A stretch of 64,000 bases of DNA from Macrostomum hystrix. Lineage: Eukaryota > Animalia > Platyhelminthes. The stretch covers positions 2,542,001 through 2,606,000 of the forward strand of contig CATNEN010000005.1 of NCBI GenBank assembly GCA_950097015.1. Reading direction: 5' to 3'. Below the pieces are notes generated by a model. The model was not told the origin of the DNA. It saw only the letters and a program-made list of their open reading frames with translations, and made no database searches. This document shows, piece after piece, positions 49,313 through 61,300 of this stretch (within the stretch, counting starts at the first letter, position 1; each line of letters starts with the position of its first letter). Position numbers and translations under genes: made by a program.

Positions 49313-52152
49313 AGCTAATTCCCTGAAGCTACCATCTCTAATCATGAAGCTAATTCCCTGAAGCTACCATATCTAATCATGAAGCTAATTCCCTGAAGCT
49401 ACCATCTCTAATCATGAAGCTAATTCCCTGAAGCTACCATATCTAATCATGAAGCTAATTCCCTGAAGCTACCATCTCTAATCATGAAGCTAATTCCCTG
49501 AAGCTACCATATCTAATCATGAAGCTAATTCCCTAAAGCTACCATCTCTAATCATGAAGCTAATTCCCTGAAGCTACCATCTCTAATCATGAAGCTAATT
49601 CCCTGAAGCTACCATATCTAATCATGAAGCTAATTCCCTGAAGCTACCATCTCTAATCATGAAGCTAATTCCCTGAAGCTACCATCTCTAATCATGAAGC
49701 TAATTACCTGAAGCTACCATATCTAATCATGAAGCTAATTCACTGAAGCTACCATATCTAATCATGAAGCTAATTCCCTGAAGCTACCATATCTAATCAT
49801 GAAGCTAATTCCCTGAAGCTACCATCTCTAATCATGAAGATAATTCCCTGAAGCTACCATCTCTAATCATGAAGCTAATTCCCTGAAGCTACCATCTCTA
49901 ATCATGAAGCTAATTCCCTGAAGCTACCATATCTAATCATGAAGCTAATTCCCTGAAGCTACCATCTCTAATCATGAAGCTAATTCCCTGAAGCTACCAT
50001 CTCTAATCATGAAGTTAATTCCCTAAAGCTACCATCTCTAATCATGAAGCTAATTCCCTAAAGCTACCATCTCTAATCATGAAGCTAATTCCCTGAAGCT
50101 ACCATATCTAATCATGAAGCTAATTCCCTGAAGCTACCATCTCTAATCATGAAGCTAATTCCCTAAAGCTACCATCTCTAATCATGAAGCTAATTCCCTA
50201 AAGCTACCATCTCTAATCATGAAGCTAATTCCCTGAAGCTACCATCTCTAATCATGAAGCTAATTCCCTGAAGCTACCATCTCTAATCATGAAGCTAATT
50301 CCCTGAAGCTACCATATCTAATCATGAAGCTAATTCCCTAAAGCTACCATCTCTAATCATGAAGCTAATTCCCTGAAGCTACCATCTCTAATCATGAAGC
50401 TAATTCCCTGAAGCTACCATCTCTAATCATGAAGCTAATTCCCTGAAGCTACCATCTCTAATCATGAAGCTAATTCCCTGAAGCTACCATCTCTAATCAT
50501 GAAGCTAATTCCCTGAAGCTACCATCTCTAATCATGAAGCTAATTCCCTAAAGCTACCATCTCTAATCATGAAGCTAATTCCCTAAAGCTACCATCTCTA
50601 ATCATGAAGCTAATTCCCTGAAGCTACCATCTCTAATCATGAAGCTAATTCCCTGAAGCTACCATCTCTAATCATGAAGCTAATTCCCTGAAGCTACCAT
50701 CTCTAATCATGAAGCTAATTCCCTGAAGCTACCATCTCTAATCATGAAGCTAATTCCCTGAAGCTACCATCTCTAATCATGAAGCTAATTCCCTGAAGCT
50801 ACCATCTCTAATCATGAAGCTAATTCCCTGAAGCTACCATATCTAATCATGAAGCTAATTCCCTGAAGCTACCATCTCTAATCATGAAGCTAATTCCCTG
50901 AAGCTACCATATCTAATCATGAAGCTAATTCCCTGAAGCTACCATCTCTAATCATGAAGCTAATTCCCTGAAGCTACCATCTCTAATCATGAAGCTAATT
51001 CCCTGAAGCTACCATCTCTAATCATGAAGCTAATTCCCTGAAGCTACCATATCTAATCATGAAGCTAATTCCCTGAAGCTACCATCTCTAATCATGAAGC
51101 TAATTCCCTGAAGCTACCATCTCTAATCATGAAGCTAATTCCCTGAAGCTACCATCTCTAATCATGAAGCTAATTCCCTGAAGCTACCATCTCTAATCAT
51201 GAAGCTAATTCCCTAAAGCTACCATCTCTAATCATGAAGCTAATTCCCTAAAGCTACCATCTCTAATCATGAAGCTAATTCCCTGAAGCTACCATCTCTA
51301 ATCATGAAGATAATTCCCTGAAGCTACCATCTCTAATCATGAAGCTAATTCCCTGAAGCTACCATCTCTAATCATGAAGCTAATTCCCTGAAGCTACCAT
51401 ATCTAATCATGAAGCTAATTCCCTGAAGCTACCATCTCTAATCATGAAGCTAATTCCCTGAAGCTACCATCTCTAATCATGAAGTTAATTCCCTAAAGCT
51501 ACCATCTCTAATCATGAAGCTAATTCCCTAAAGCTACCATCTCTAATCATGAAGCTAATTCCCTAAAGCTACCATCTCTAATCATGAAGCTAATTCCCTG
51601 AAGCTACCATCTCTAATCATGAAGCTAATTCCCTGAAGCTACCATCTCTAATCATGAAGCTAATTCCCTGAAGCTACCATCTCTAATCATGAAGCTAATT
51701 CCCTGAAGCTACCATCTCTAATCATGAAGCTAATTCCCTGAAGCTACCATCTCTAATCATGAAGCTAATTCCCTAAAGCTACCATCTCTAATCATGAAGC
51801 TAATTCCCTAAAGCTACCATCTCTAATCATGAAGCTAATTCCCTGAAGCTACCATCTCTAATCATGAAGCTAATTCCCTGAAGCTACCATCTCTAATCAT
51901 GAAGCTAATTCCCTGAAGCTACCATCTCTAATCATGAAGCTAATTCCCTGAAGCTACCATCTCTAATCATGAAGCTAATTCCCTGAAGCTACCATCTCTA
52001 ATCATGAAGCTAATTCCCTGAAGCTACCATCTCTAATCATGAAGCTAATTCCCTGAAGCTACCATCTCTAATCATGAAGCTAATTCCCTGAAGCTGCCAT
52101 CTCTAATCATGAAGCTAATTCCCTGAAGCTACCATCTCTAATCATGAAGCTT
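49313..52152. repeat. 35-bp minisatellite GAAGCTAATTCCCTGAAGCTACCATCTCTAATCAT between SETD3 and the SR gene
   Basis: 2.8-kb highly homogeneous array. Confidence 0.98.
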
Positions 52153-52309
52153 AATACCCATAAAAACAAAGGTAGCACCGTTTAATTATCAAAGCACTCA
52201 CCTGACAGAAAAAAAGTTGTAAACCCTAATAATTTTCAGCTATTTTCGCATCACTGTGACCGGCCGTATCGGAACATATTATCCCTAAAGCACACGTACT
52301 AATTTGAGC

Positions 52310-55300
52310 ATGGGTCGCAATAGCCGTCGCACTGCCGACTCATCGTCGCCATCCAAGTCGCGGTCGACTTCGCCGACAAGGCGTCGATCGGCCACTCCGC
52401 CCCAGTCGGGTTCCTACTCTAAGCGTCGTTCGCTGTCTCGCTCTCGTTCGCGCTCTCCGCCTAGACGAAACGGCAACTATTCGTCCGGCCCCAATGCTGG
52501 CGGCGAACAGTTCCGCCTCCACATTGGCGAATTGGGAAATGATCCGGATAAGGCCGAAATCGAGCGTGCTTTTTCGCGTTTCGGCCATCCAACTGAAGTC
52601 TGGGTGGCCAGGGCGCCTCCGTGCTTCGCGTTTGTCGTTTATAGTAAGGATTAGTGATTCATGTTAGTGACCGTGACCTTGTCTCGGGGCAATCATCTTT
52701 AAGATCACATTGTGACAGTGTCTTGTGGCTACCATCACATTCAGGATCACATTGTGACAGTGTCTTGTGGCTACCATCACATTCAGGATCACATTGTGAC
52801 AGTGTCTTGTGGCTACCATCACATTCAGGATCACATTGTGACAGTGTCTTGTGGCTACCATCACATTCAGGATCACATTGTGACAGTGTCTTGTGGCTAC
52901 CATCACATATAGGATCACATTGTGACAATGTCTTGTGGCTACCGTCACATTCAGGATCACATTGTGACAGTGTCTTGTGGCTACCATCACATTCAGGATC
53001 ACATTGTGACAATGTCTTGTGGCTACCGTCACATTCAGGATCACATTGTGACCGTCATAATCTTCAGGATCACATCGTGACCGTCATAATCTTCAGGATC
53101 ACATTGTGACCGTCATAATCTCCATAATGATGCTGTGACCGTCATAATCTTCAGGATCAAATTGTGACCGTCATAATCTCCTGGATCACATCGTGACCGT
53201 CATAATATCTCCAGAATGACATTGTGGCCGTCATTATCTCTAGGATCACATTGTGACCGACATTATCTCCAGGAACTCATTGTGACAGTCATAATCTCCA
53301 GGAACACGTCGCGACCGTCATTATCTTCAGAATCATGCATTCTACTCATGGCACTTGGATCTATCTCCAGGATCATGAATTTGTCTCGTGGCATATGAAT
53401 CTATTTAAAACTGACCGGCATTATCTTCATTATGACGTTGTGACAGCGTCTTGTGACTACCATCATATCTAAGATCACATCGTGACAGCGTCTTGTGACT
53501 ACCATCATATCTAAGATCACATCGTGACAGCCTCTTGTGACTACCATCATATCTAAGATCACATCGTGACAGCCTCTTGTGACTACCATCATATCTAAGA
53601 CCACATTGTGACAGCGTATAGTACCTACAATCAAGTCCCTTTGTTCTATTATGTTTCTATTGGCGTACCGATTCCAAACCGGAGACTAATTATCTGATTC
53701 TCATCCTAGGCGAAAGACGCCAAGCGGAGCGCGCCATAGAAGCTATGGACGGCAAGGCGCTGGGCGATTCAGACAGAATTCGCGTCACTTGGGCCAAGCC
53801 CAGAGTCGGCGGCGGTAGTGGCGGCGGCGGCGGCGGCGGAGGAGGCGGAAGAGGCGGCGGCGGCGGCGAAAGAAGAGATCCTTATAATCCCAATCTTCGC
53901 TGCTACCAATGCGGCGACCTTGGCCATTTCAGCCGCGAGTGCACCGCGACTGGCTCGGCTGCTTCTAGGCGCAACGATTATAACAGCCGCGGACGCGATC
54001 GGGACCGCGAAAGGCCCAGCGGAGATTGGAACCGAGGCGGCAAGGACCGCGATAGGAGATTTCCCAGGTTAGATTTTCGCTTCGTTGAGTTATCGATTGT
54101 TTATTGATTGATGATTGACTGCTTGGTTGATTCAATCATTATTGATTGACTCACTGATATGCAGATCGATTGATCTTTTGATTCTTGATGATTGCTTGTT
54201 TGATTGCTGATTCATTGTTGATTGATTAATCGTCTGATTGTTGATAAATTAGTTGGTTGATTGTTGATTGATTGATCAATTAGTTGGTTGATTGTTGATT
54301 GATTGATCAATTAGTTGGTTGATTGTTGATCGATTGATCAATTAGTTGGTTGATTGTTGATCGATTGATCGTCTGCGTGTTGATAAATTAGTTGGTTGAT
54401 AGTTTAATGATTGATCGTCTGATTGTTGATAAATTTGTTGGTTGATTGTTGATTGATTGATCGTCTGATTATTCATAAATTTGTTGGTTGATAGTTTAAT
54501 GATTAATCGTCTGATTGTTGATAAATTAGTTGGTTGATTGTTGATTGATTGATCAATTAGTTGGTTGATTGTTGATTGATTGATCGTCTGATTATTCATA
54601 AATTTGTTGGTTGATTGTTGATCGATTGATCGTCTGCGTGTTGATAAATTAGTTGGTTGATAGTTTTATGATTGATCGTCTGATTGTTAATAAATTTGTT
54701 GGTTGATTGTTGATTGATTGATCGTCTGATTATTCATAAATTAGTTGGTTGATTGTTGATTGATTGATCGTCCGATTGTTGATAAATTAGTTGGTTGATT
54801 GTTGATTGATTGATCGTCCGATTGTTGATAAATTAGTTTGTTGATTGATGATTGATGTCTGATTGTTGATAAATTTGTTGGTTGATTGTTGATTGATTGA
54901 TCGGCAGACTCGTTACATGATACCTCCTTATAAGACATGTTTGATGTAAATGTTCCAATGAAATTAGTTATTGTTATTCGGATCTATTTTTCCTTTTTTA
55001 TCGTTAAAAATCTCTTTCCAGTAAAAAAGCTTCTACTTTATTGTTTCTCTCCTTTTTTGTCAACGAAATAATGTCGTCTAGCTGCTGGTCGCACTCAGAT
55101 TTGGTTGGATCGTGTGAGATTTTGGCAATGGTGCAATCAGGAATCGTTAGTTGAACTGAAAATAATGGAAACTGGACCTGAACTCGGATTGGACTGTAAA
55201 TGGATTGGAAATTCAACGCATTTCGTCCTGTGATTTATCGGTCTGTCATCCATTGCCGACTAGCATCACTCAGGTTGTCTGTGAATGCGTTGCCAAGAAC

Positions 55301-56313
55301 AACAAGTTGTGGATTCTGCCTTTCCCCTTAACTGTTTGTTAGCCGCATAAACAATTAGTGTACTGTAGCAGCAGCAAAGGCGTCAACAATGTCCTGGATT
55401 GGTTTTTATTGTTTTATCAACTTTCACAAGCTTAAACAACTATATTGAGCATTTGGTAACAAGTTGGACGGTTTGTGCAGTAAATGCGTTCACCAACGAT
55501 ATTGGTTTAACCCCGTTGTATCTTGCATTCAATAAGTGAGTAAGTAAATATCTTTATTTTCTTGACAACTTTCTCACTATTTACTGAGACATTTGCTCTA
55601 ATGTTAAAGTTAATTTTTATGACTCTCGCGCACACTATTTTGTTGTTTTCGGTTTGGGCTCGATTCCCTTTGAGGGCCTCCTGCAATTATCATTTTTAAC
55701 AGATTAATCCAGATTATACCAGGCAGTAAGTAAATTATCCCCATTCAGTAAACTATTCTACCTTTTAACAAATAAAAGGTACTTTAGTTTGACTGATTAT
55801 TGTCACTTGAAAAATTATCCCTAAATCTATAAACCACTTTTTGGCAAATTTCCCCTCACCTTTTAATGCTCCTTTTAAATTAGCTTTTCAATAATTTGCT
55901 AATTTATCCCGTCATTTTGGCAAATTAGCAATAAAATTAATCGTTTTTTTACTTATAAAATACTACTTATTTCTTATCCTAATCAGTAGTCTGATTGGTA
56001 AATAAACTTTAAATAGTAGAATGCGAACTAAAATACAAATTTTATATTCAGGGACGAACAACGCGATCGTCGCTATCGTTCGCCGCCCACGCAATCCTAC
56101 TACAATTCGTCCGGCTACGATAAGGATTCTAGCCGGCGCGAGGATAATCGGTATAGTCGCCGACGCTATGACAACGAAAACGACCGCATGCCGTCCAAGA
56201 CTGACGTTGGCGGCGGCGGCGATCACTTTCGTCGTCGGAGACCAAATAATTATGATGATCGGAAAAAATATTCGCCTATTATCGATCTAAGTCCGAACAG
56301 TGATCGATCTTAA
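52310..56313 (+). CDS. SRSF7: SR splicing factor of the SRSF3/SRSF7 (9G8) type, 317 aa: RS segment, RRM, Gly linker, CCHC zinc knuckle, RD/RS tail; exons 52310-52643, 53710-54067, 56052-56313
   Basis: RRM (RLHIGELG..VWVARAPPCFAFVVY..AERAIEAMDG..RIRVTWA) and zinc knuckle RCYQCGDLGHFSREC. Splice phases 1 and 2 are consistent. Confidence 0.8.
52700..53615. repeat. Related 42-bp and about 29-bp minisatellites sharing GATCACATTGTGAC (SR gene intron 1)
   Basis: Three sub-arrays: 52700-53050, 53040-53330, 53435-53610. Confidence 0.9.
54100..54905. repeat. Degenerate TTGA-based minisatellite (SR gene intron 2)
   Basis: Recurring TTGATTGATCGTCTGATTGTTGATAAATTAGTTGG. Confidence 0.88.
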
Positions 56314-57644
56314 ATGCCGAATGACGATGTTAAGAACTCTTTGGTTTGTTGCTTCTCTCTGAAAGACACTGTTATCAAACTTTTCTGTTGTTGCATTATT
56401 GATTAACCAAAGCACAAAGTAGAAGTACATTTTCGTAATAGTATGTACTTTTATGGTTAAATATTAAGTTTTTAGAATCTACCCTTTAAAAGTAACAATA
56501 ACAGTATGACCATTGCTTGGTGTTTTATTCAGAATTGCTGCATAATCTCTAGCTTTATTCAGTCTATAAAAGTTAAAAGTACAAACATACTGTCTCTCCT
56601 GCATTCGCACTGTTAATTAGTATTTTCCGTTACAGTCTTTTAAAGTGCTGTCTAAAATTTTCTTTCTTTCATACTCTCCCTATTAGTATACTACCATTCT
56701 ACCCCGGAATTTTATACATTTTTTTTATATTTAATTACCTGAAGTTCATTAAAAAGTTTGCCTAATAGAAGCATCAGTTAGTAATAATTAAGGAAAAACT
56801 TGTGACAATTTATGCAATTTTATCAGTTTTTTAATTAGTCGGTCTCGTTTCTGTGTCTGTTTTTTCAAATTTTCATATTTCTACTGTTTCACTCAATAAT
56901 AAATATAATAAACTACAAACTATAAAAGTTTAAAGTATGTAATACTACTTAGTAGACTACCGCACTACTGACAAGAAAAGATCAATAATCTGGTTTTTTA
57001 ATCAATGCTTGTTTGTCTTAATCTTAATCACTCGTAGTTTGGTTTTATTCTACAAAGTATTGTCGGTGTATTTAGAAAAGAACTGATTAAAAATCGTTTA
57101 GGAACACCAGTTTTAAAAGCAGATTAAACAGAATGTTAAGTTGCAACTAAAGTACATTTGCACAAGCTTGGATAGATCAATAATAATAGAATTTGAATCT
57201 GTTATTTTATAGCAAGCTAGATTACTAGATTTTTAACTACATATGGAGTATGGAAAATATGTATGCATTTAACGCTAGTTGTTAAACGTCAGGTTAAGAA
57301 ATGTGAAGAAAAATTAGATTATAGTCCGTTATATACTATAAGCTACTATAACTGTTTATTATTGCACAAATTGCGATGAAATTTTTGTGGTTGCTTCGTT
57401 ACTTTTTTAGATACAATGTAAAAGGTTGTGCAGAAGTGCTTCAAGGAAATTAATATTGTTGATTCTAATTTTATCAACAGTTTTGATGCTCAAACAAATC
57501 AGGCGAACATGGAACGGTAATACACCACAATTCAACTGGATTGTTTTAGTTGTTGAAAACTGTTTAAAAACAATGCTAATAGAGTAATCGTATTGTTGGA
57601 ATTTCCTGACCTGTAATTAACGAACAACGTTAATGAGAATAAGG

Positions 57645-58040
57645 GAGGGGATGAGAAGTAGAGTGGGAGGGGATGAGAAGTAGAGGGGAGGGGAGAGAAG
57701 TAGAGGGGAGGGGAGAGAAGTAGAGTGGGAGGGGAGAGAAGTAGAGTACGAGGGGATGAGAAGTAGAGTGGGAGGGGAAGAGAGGTAGAGTGGGAGGGGA
57801 CGAGAAGTAGAGTAGGGGGGTATGAAGTAGAGTGCGAGGGGATGAGAAGTAGAGTGGGGGGATGAGAATTAGAGTGGGAGGGGATGAGAAGTAGAGTGGG
57901 AGGGGATGAGAATTAGAGTTGGAGGGGATGAGAAGTAGAGTGGGAGGGGATGAGAATTAGAGTGGGAGGGGATGAGAAGTAGAGTGGGAGGGGATGAGAA
58001 TTAGAGTTGGAGGGGATGAGAAGTAGAGTGGGAGGGAAGT
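57645..58040. repeat. 22-bp purine-rich minisatellite GGGAGGGGATGAGAAGTAGAGT
   Basis: Direct tandem copies. Confidence 0.92.
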
Positions 58041-58376
58041 CAAGCATTTTGGAGCATAGCTAGCTCGTAATGAAATTCATGGCACAATTAAAAAGAGTTA
58101 CAATTAATTAACAACTCAGTTTAAAAGGTGATAGGGATGAAGGTGCAATAGCTCAATAATTAGGGATAACAGCTGAATGGAATGTTTATCAGAGCAGTTT
58201 AAAAATACTAAAGATTCAGCACAATCATGCGTCTCATGCAAGAAAATAACGTAAAAACTATTTCCTATGCCAGTATTGTCTGCTAAGAAATAAGTAACAA
58301 TTATAAGCGGCGAAAAAGGCTAAAATTCTACATTATTTAGTGTTCATATTATAAAAAATTGATTATACTAATTTTC

Positions 58377-61300
58377 TTAGAAGAGTCCCACAGCCTTCTT
58401 GGCGTTGGTCTTCTTCCATTCTGGCAGGTTGGCAAAGTCCGGATAGGACATGCCGAACACTCTCTGGAACTCCTCCTCCGTCAGGTGCAGCTGAAGTACA
58501 AATTTGTTTATTTAAATAACACCCCACACAGTACGGGACAGCAGCCAGCGAGGAAGTGATTCTGCTCATTCGCTGCCTCCTGAGCACAGGAGCTCTGCCA
58601 CTCAAATCCAAGGTGGTTCTGCCCCCAAACCCAAGTTGCTCTACCCTTAATTCCAAGGTGGCTCTACCCCTTAAATCCAAGGTGGCTCTGCCCCCAAACC
58701 CAAGTTGCTCTACCCTTAATTCCAAGGTGGCTCTACCCTAAATCCAAGGTGGCTCTACCCCTTAAATCCAAGGTGGCTCTGCCCCCAAACCCAAGTTGCT
58801 CTACCCTTAATTCCAAGGTGGCTCTACCCTAAATCCAAGGTGGCTCGACCCCTTAAATCCAAGGTGGCTCTACCCCTTAAATCCAAGGTGGCTTTGCCCC
58901 CAAAATCCAATGTGGCTCTGCCCCCAAACCCAAGTTGCTCTACCCCTTAATTCCAAGGTAGCTCTACCCCGAATCCAAGGTGGCTCTTCCCCCTAAATCT
59001 AAGGTGGCTCTTCCCCCTAAATCCAAAGTGGCTCGACCTGCCCCCTAAATCCAAGGTGGCTCTTCCCCCTAAATCCAAGGTGGCTTTGCCCCCCTAAATC
59101 CAAGGTGGCTCTTCAGAAACTGATAGGAGACCTTTAAGAATAGGAAAGTTCTTTTTAAAGACAATGCCATAATTTGACCATAAATTCTCGCAATTTTCAC
59201 AACATATCGGCTTACCTCTTTCTCGTCTGGCCTTACACTGTCCGGGCAGCTGTGCCGCAGAATCTGATAGGGCACCTTCTTGTACTCGCCAAAGCTCAGA
59301 GAGCCGCCTCCACCGATGCCGCCGCTGCCGTTGAGCGCGTCCGAGTTGACATCGATTCTGTCCAGAGTTCGACTCGAATCCTGGAACTCCATCTTGAGCT
59401 GCTCGTAGGATTTGGCACCCTGATTGTTTTTTTTAAGAAAAAACGTTTCATACTACTGATGTGTTAAAAGTAGAAAGTAAAGGACATGACGCAATAGTTT
59501 TAAATCGTAGAAATTATAAATTCGAATCACTCACCGACCACATCTGGTAATCCCAAGATGGGAAGAATCCGATAAACACAGGCGGCTCGTGACCCTGTTT
59601 GACCCGATAGATCGGGGCGCTGTCCGGGTCGCGCGACTGGGTCGGGTCGGATTTCAGATAGTCCACAGCGGCCTGGAGGGCGGCCTGACGCTCCGCGTCG
59701 TTGGAATCGATGCCGATCCAGATGTAGACTTCGTCGCCTGTGTCCAGGAGCATCACGTCATCCTCTACGAGATCGTCCTTTGGGGGTGGGGCGATGGAGA
59801 TTATTCCCCGTTCTAGTCAGCTGTTATTAACTGTATCACAGCGGTTTCTCATCGGCAGCGAATCCCGTTTTCTAACTAGTCGTTAATCCCATTTAAAGTT
59901 TTGTTAATTCCATCTTCTAAACACTGGTCGATTCAATTTCTAAATAAAGTTAATCCCAATTTTCTTATCAGCTGTTTAATCCCCCTTTTATAATCAGCTG
60001 TTTAATCCCCCTTTTATAATCAGCTGTTTAATCCCCCTTTTATAATCAGCTGTTTAATCCCCCTTTTATAATCAGCTGTTTAATCCCCCTTTTATAATCA
60101 GCTGTTTAATCCCCCTTTTATAATCAGATATTTAATCCCTGTTGTCTAGTCAGCTGTTTAATCTCAATTTTCTAATCAGCTGTTAATCTCCGTTTTCTAA
60201 TCAGCTGTTAATCTCCGTTTTCTAAACAACTGTTTATCCCTAATTTCCAATCAGCCGTAAATCCCTAATCTTTAATCAGCCTTTAATCAGTTTAATTCTG
60301 ATTAACTCAGATTTAATCCCTTAATCTTTAATCAGTTAATCCCTACTTCTAATCAGCTGTTAATCTAAATTTTCTAATGATTTCATTCCCATTTTCTACA
60401 AATTATTCTGCTAATAGTCGCTCACTTCCTACTATCAACATTTGGACAGTAGTCTAATGCGGGCATAACTATCGGAATTATTGAAGAAGCAAGAACTCAG
60501 CAGTGTGTGACTTACCTGAGTGAAGTTGCTGATCTCCTCTGCAGTGAAGTAGCCCTTCGCGTTGCTGCACTGGAATAGACGCGGCTCAAACACCATGTTG
60601 GCGTCTTGCAATCGTTTGTCGCTCTGATATGGGCCTCTGACGTTGCATTTGAAAAAATGGACATTTACAGGTACAATTACACACTGTAGGAATTTAATTA
60701 ACGCACTAAAAATGTGTTCTTAAAAACTTGAATTGTGTTTCTTTTTTCTAAGAGATTCTCCATCTTAGTAGGACAAACGCAGTGAAGACTTGTTCCCACA
60801 CAAACAATGGCTACAAATTATTCTGCTTTCTAAAGACAGCTACTACTAGTGAGTGTGAGAAGGCTGTCTGGATCCACCACGCCCACACTTAAAACCTATT
60901 TCTCTGGCTGTCTCTCTGGTCTCCTTTATAGCTTCTTCCAGTTTTGCACTCGTGCAGCATTTAGAAAAATGAATGCTGAAGCTGCATAATTCAAAGTAGT
61001 GTGGTATGATCTTTGAGTACACTAATGCTGTACAAGTACAATACATAGTGGTCGTACTATATGAGTCGGATAATTAAGAACCTATTTTTTTAATTGCGAA
61101 AATCGGAAATTAAAATAGCAGAATTTGAAATGGAATTTTTATTAACAAAAATTAAATTTGAATTCAATTGTGAAAAGCTTTCATTTCGGATCGACAGCTA
61201 GGCCTAAAAAAAGTCTCGCCTAGAACCATTTTCCAGACCTTAAGTCCACACTAGGCACCAATCTACACTAGACCCTTTCCCTAGGTCCTAAAACTACCAT

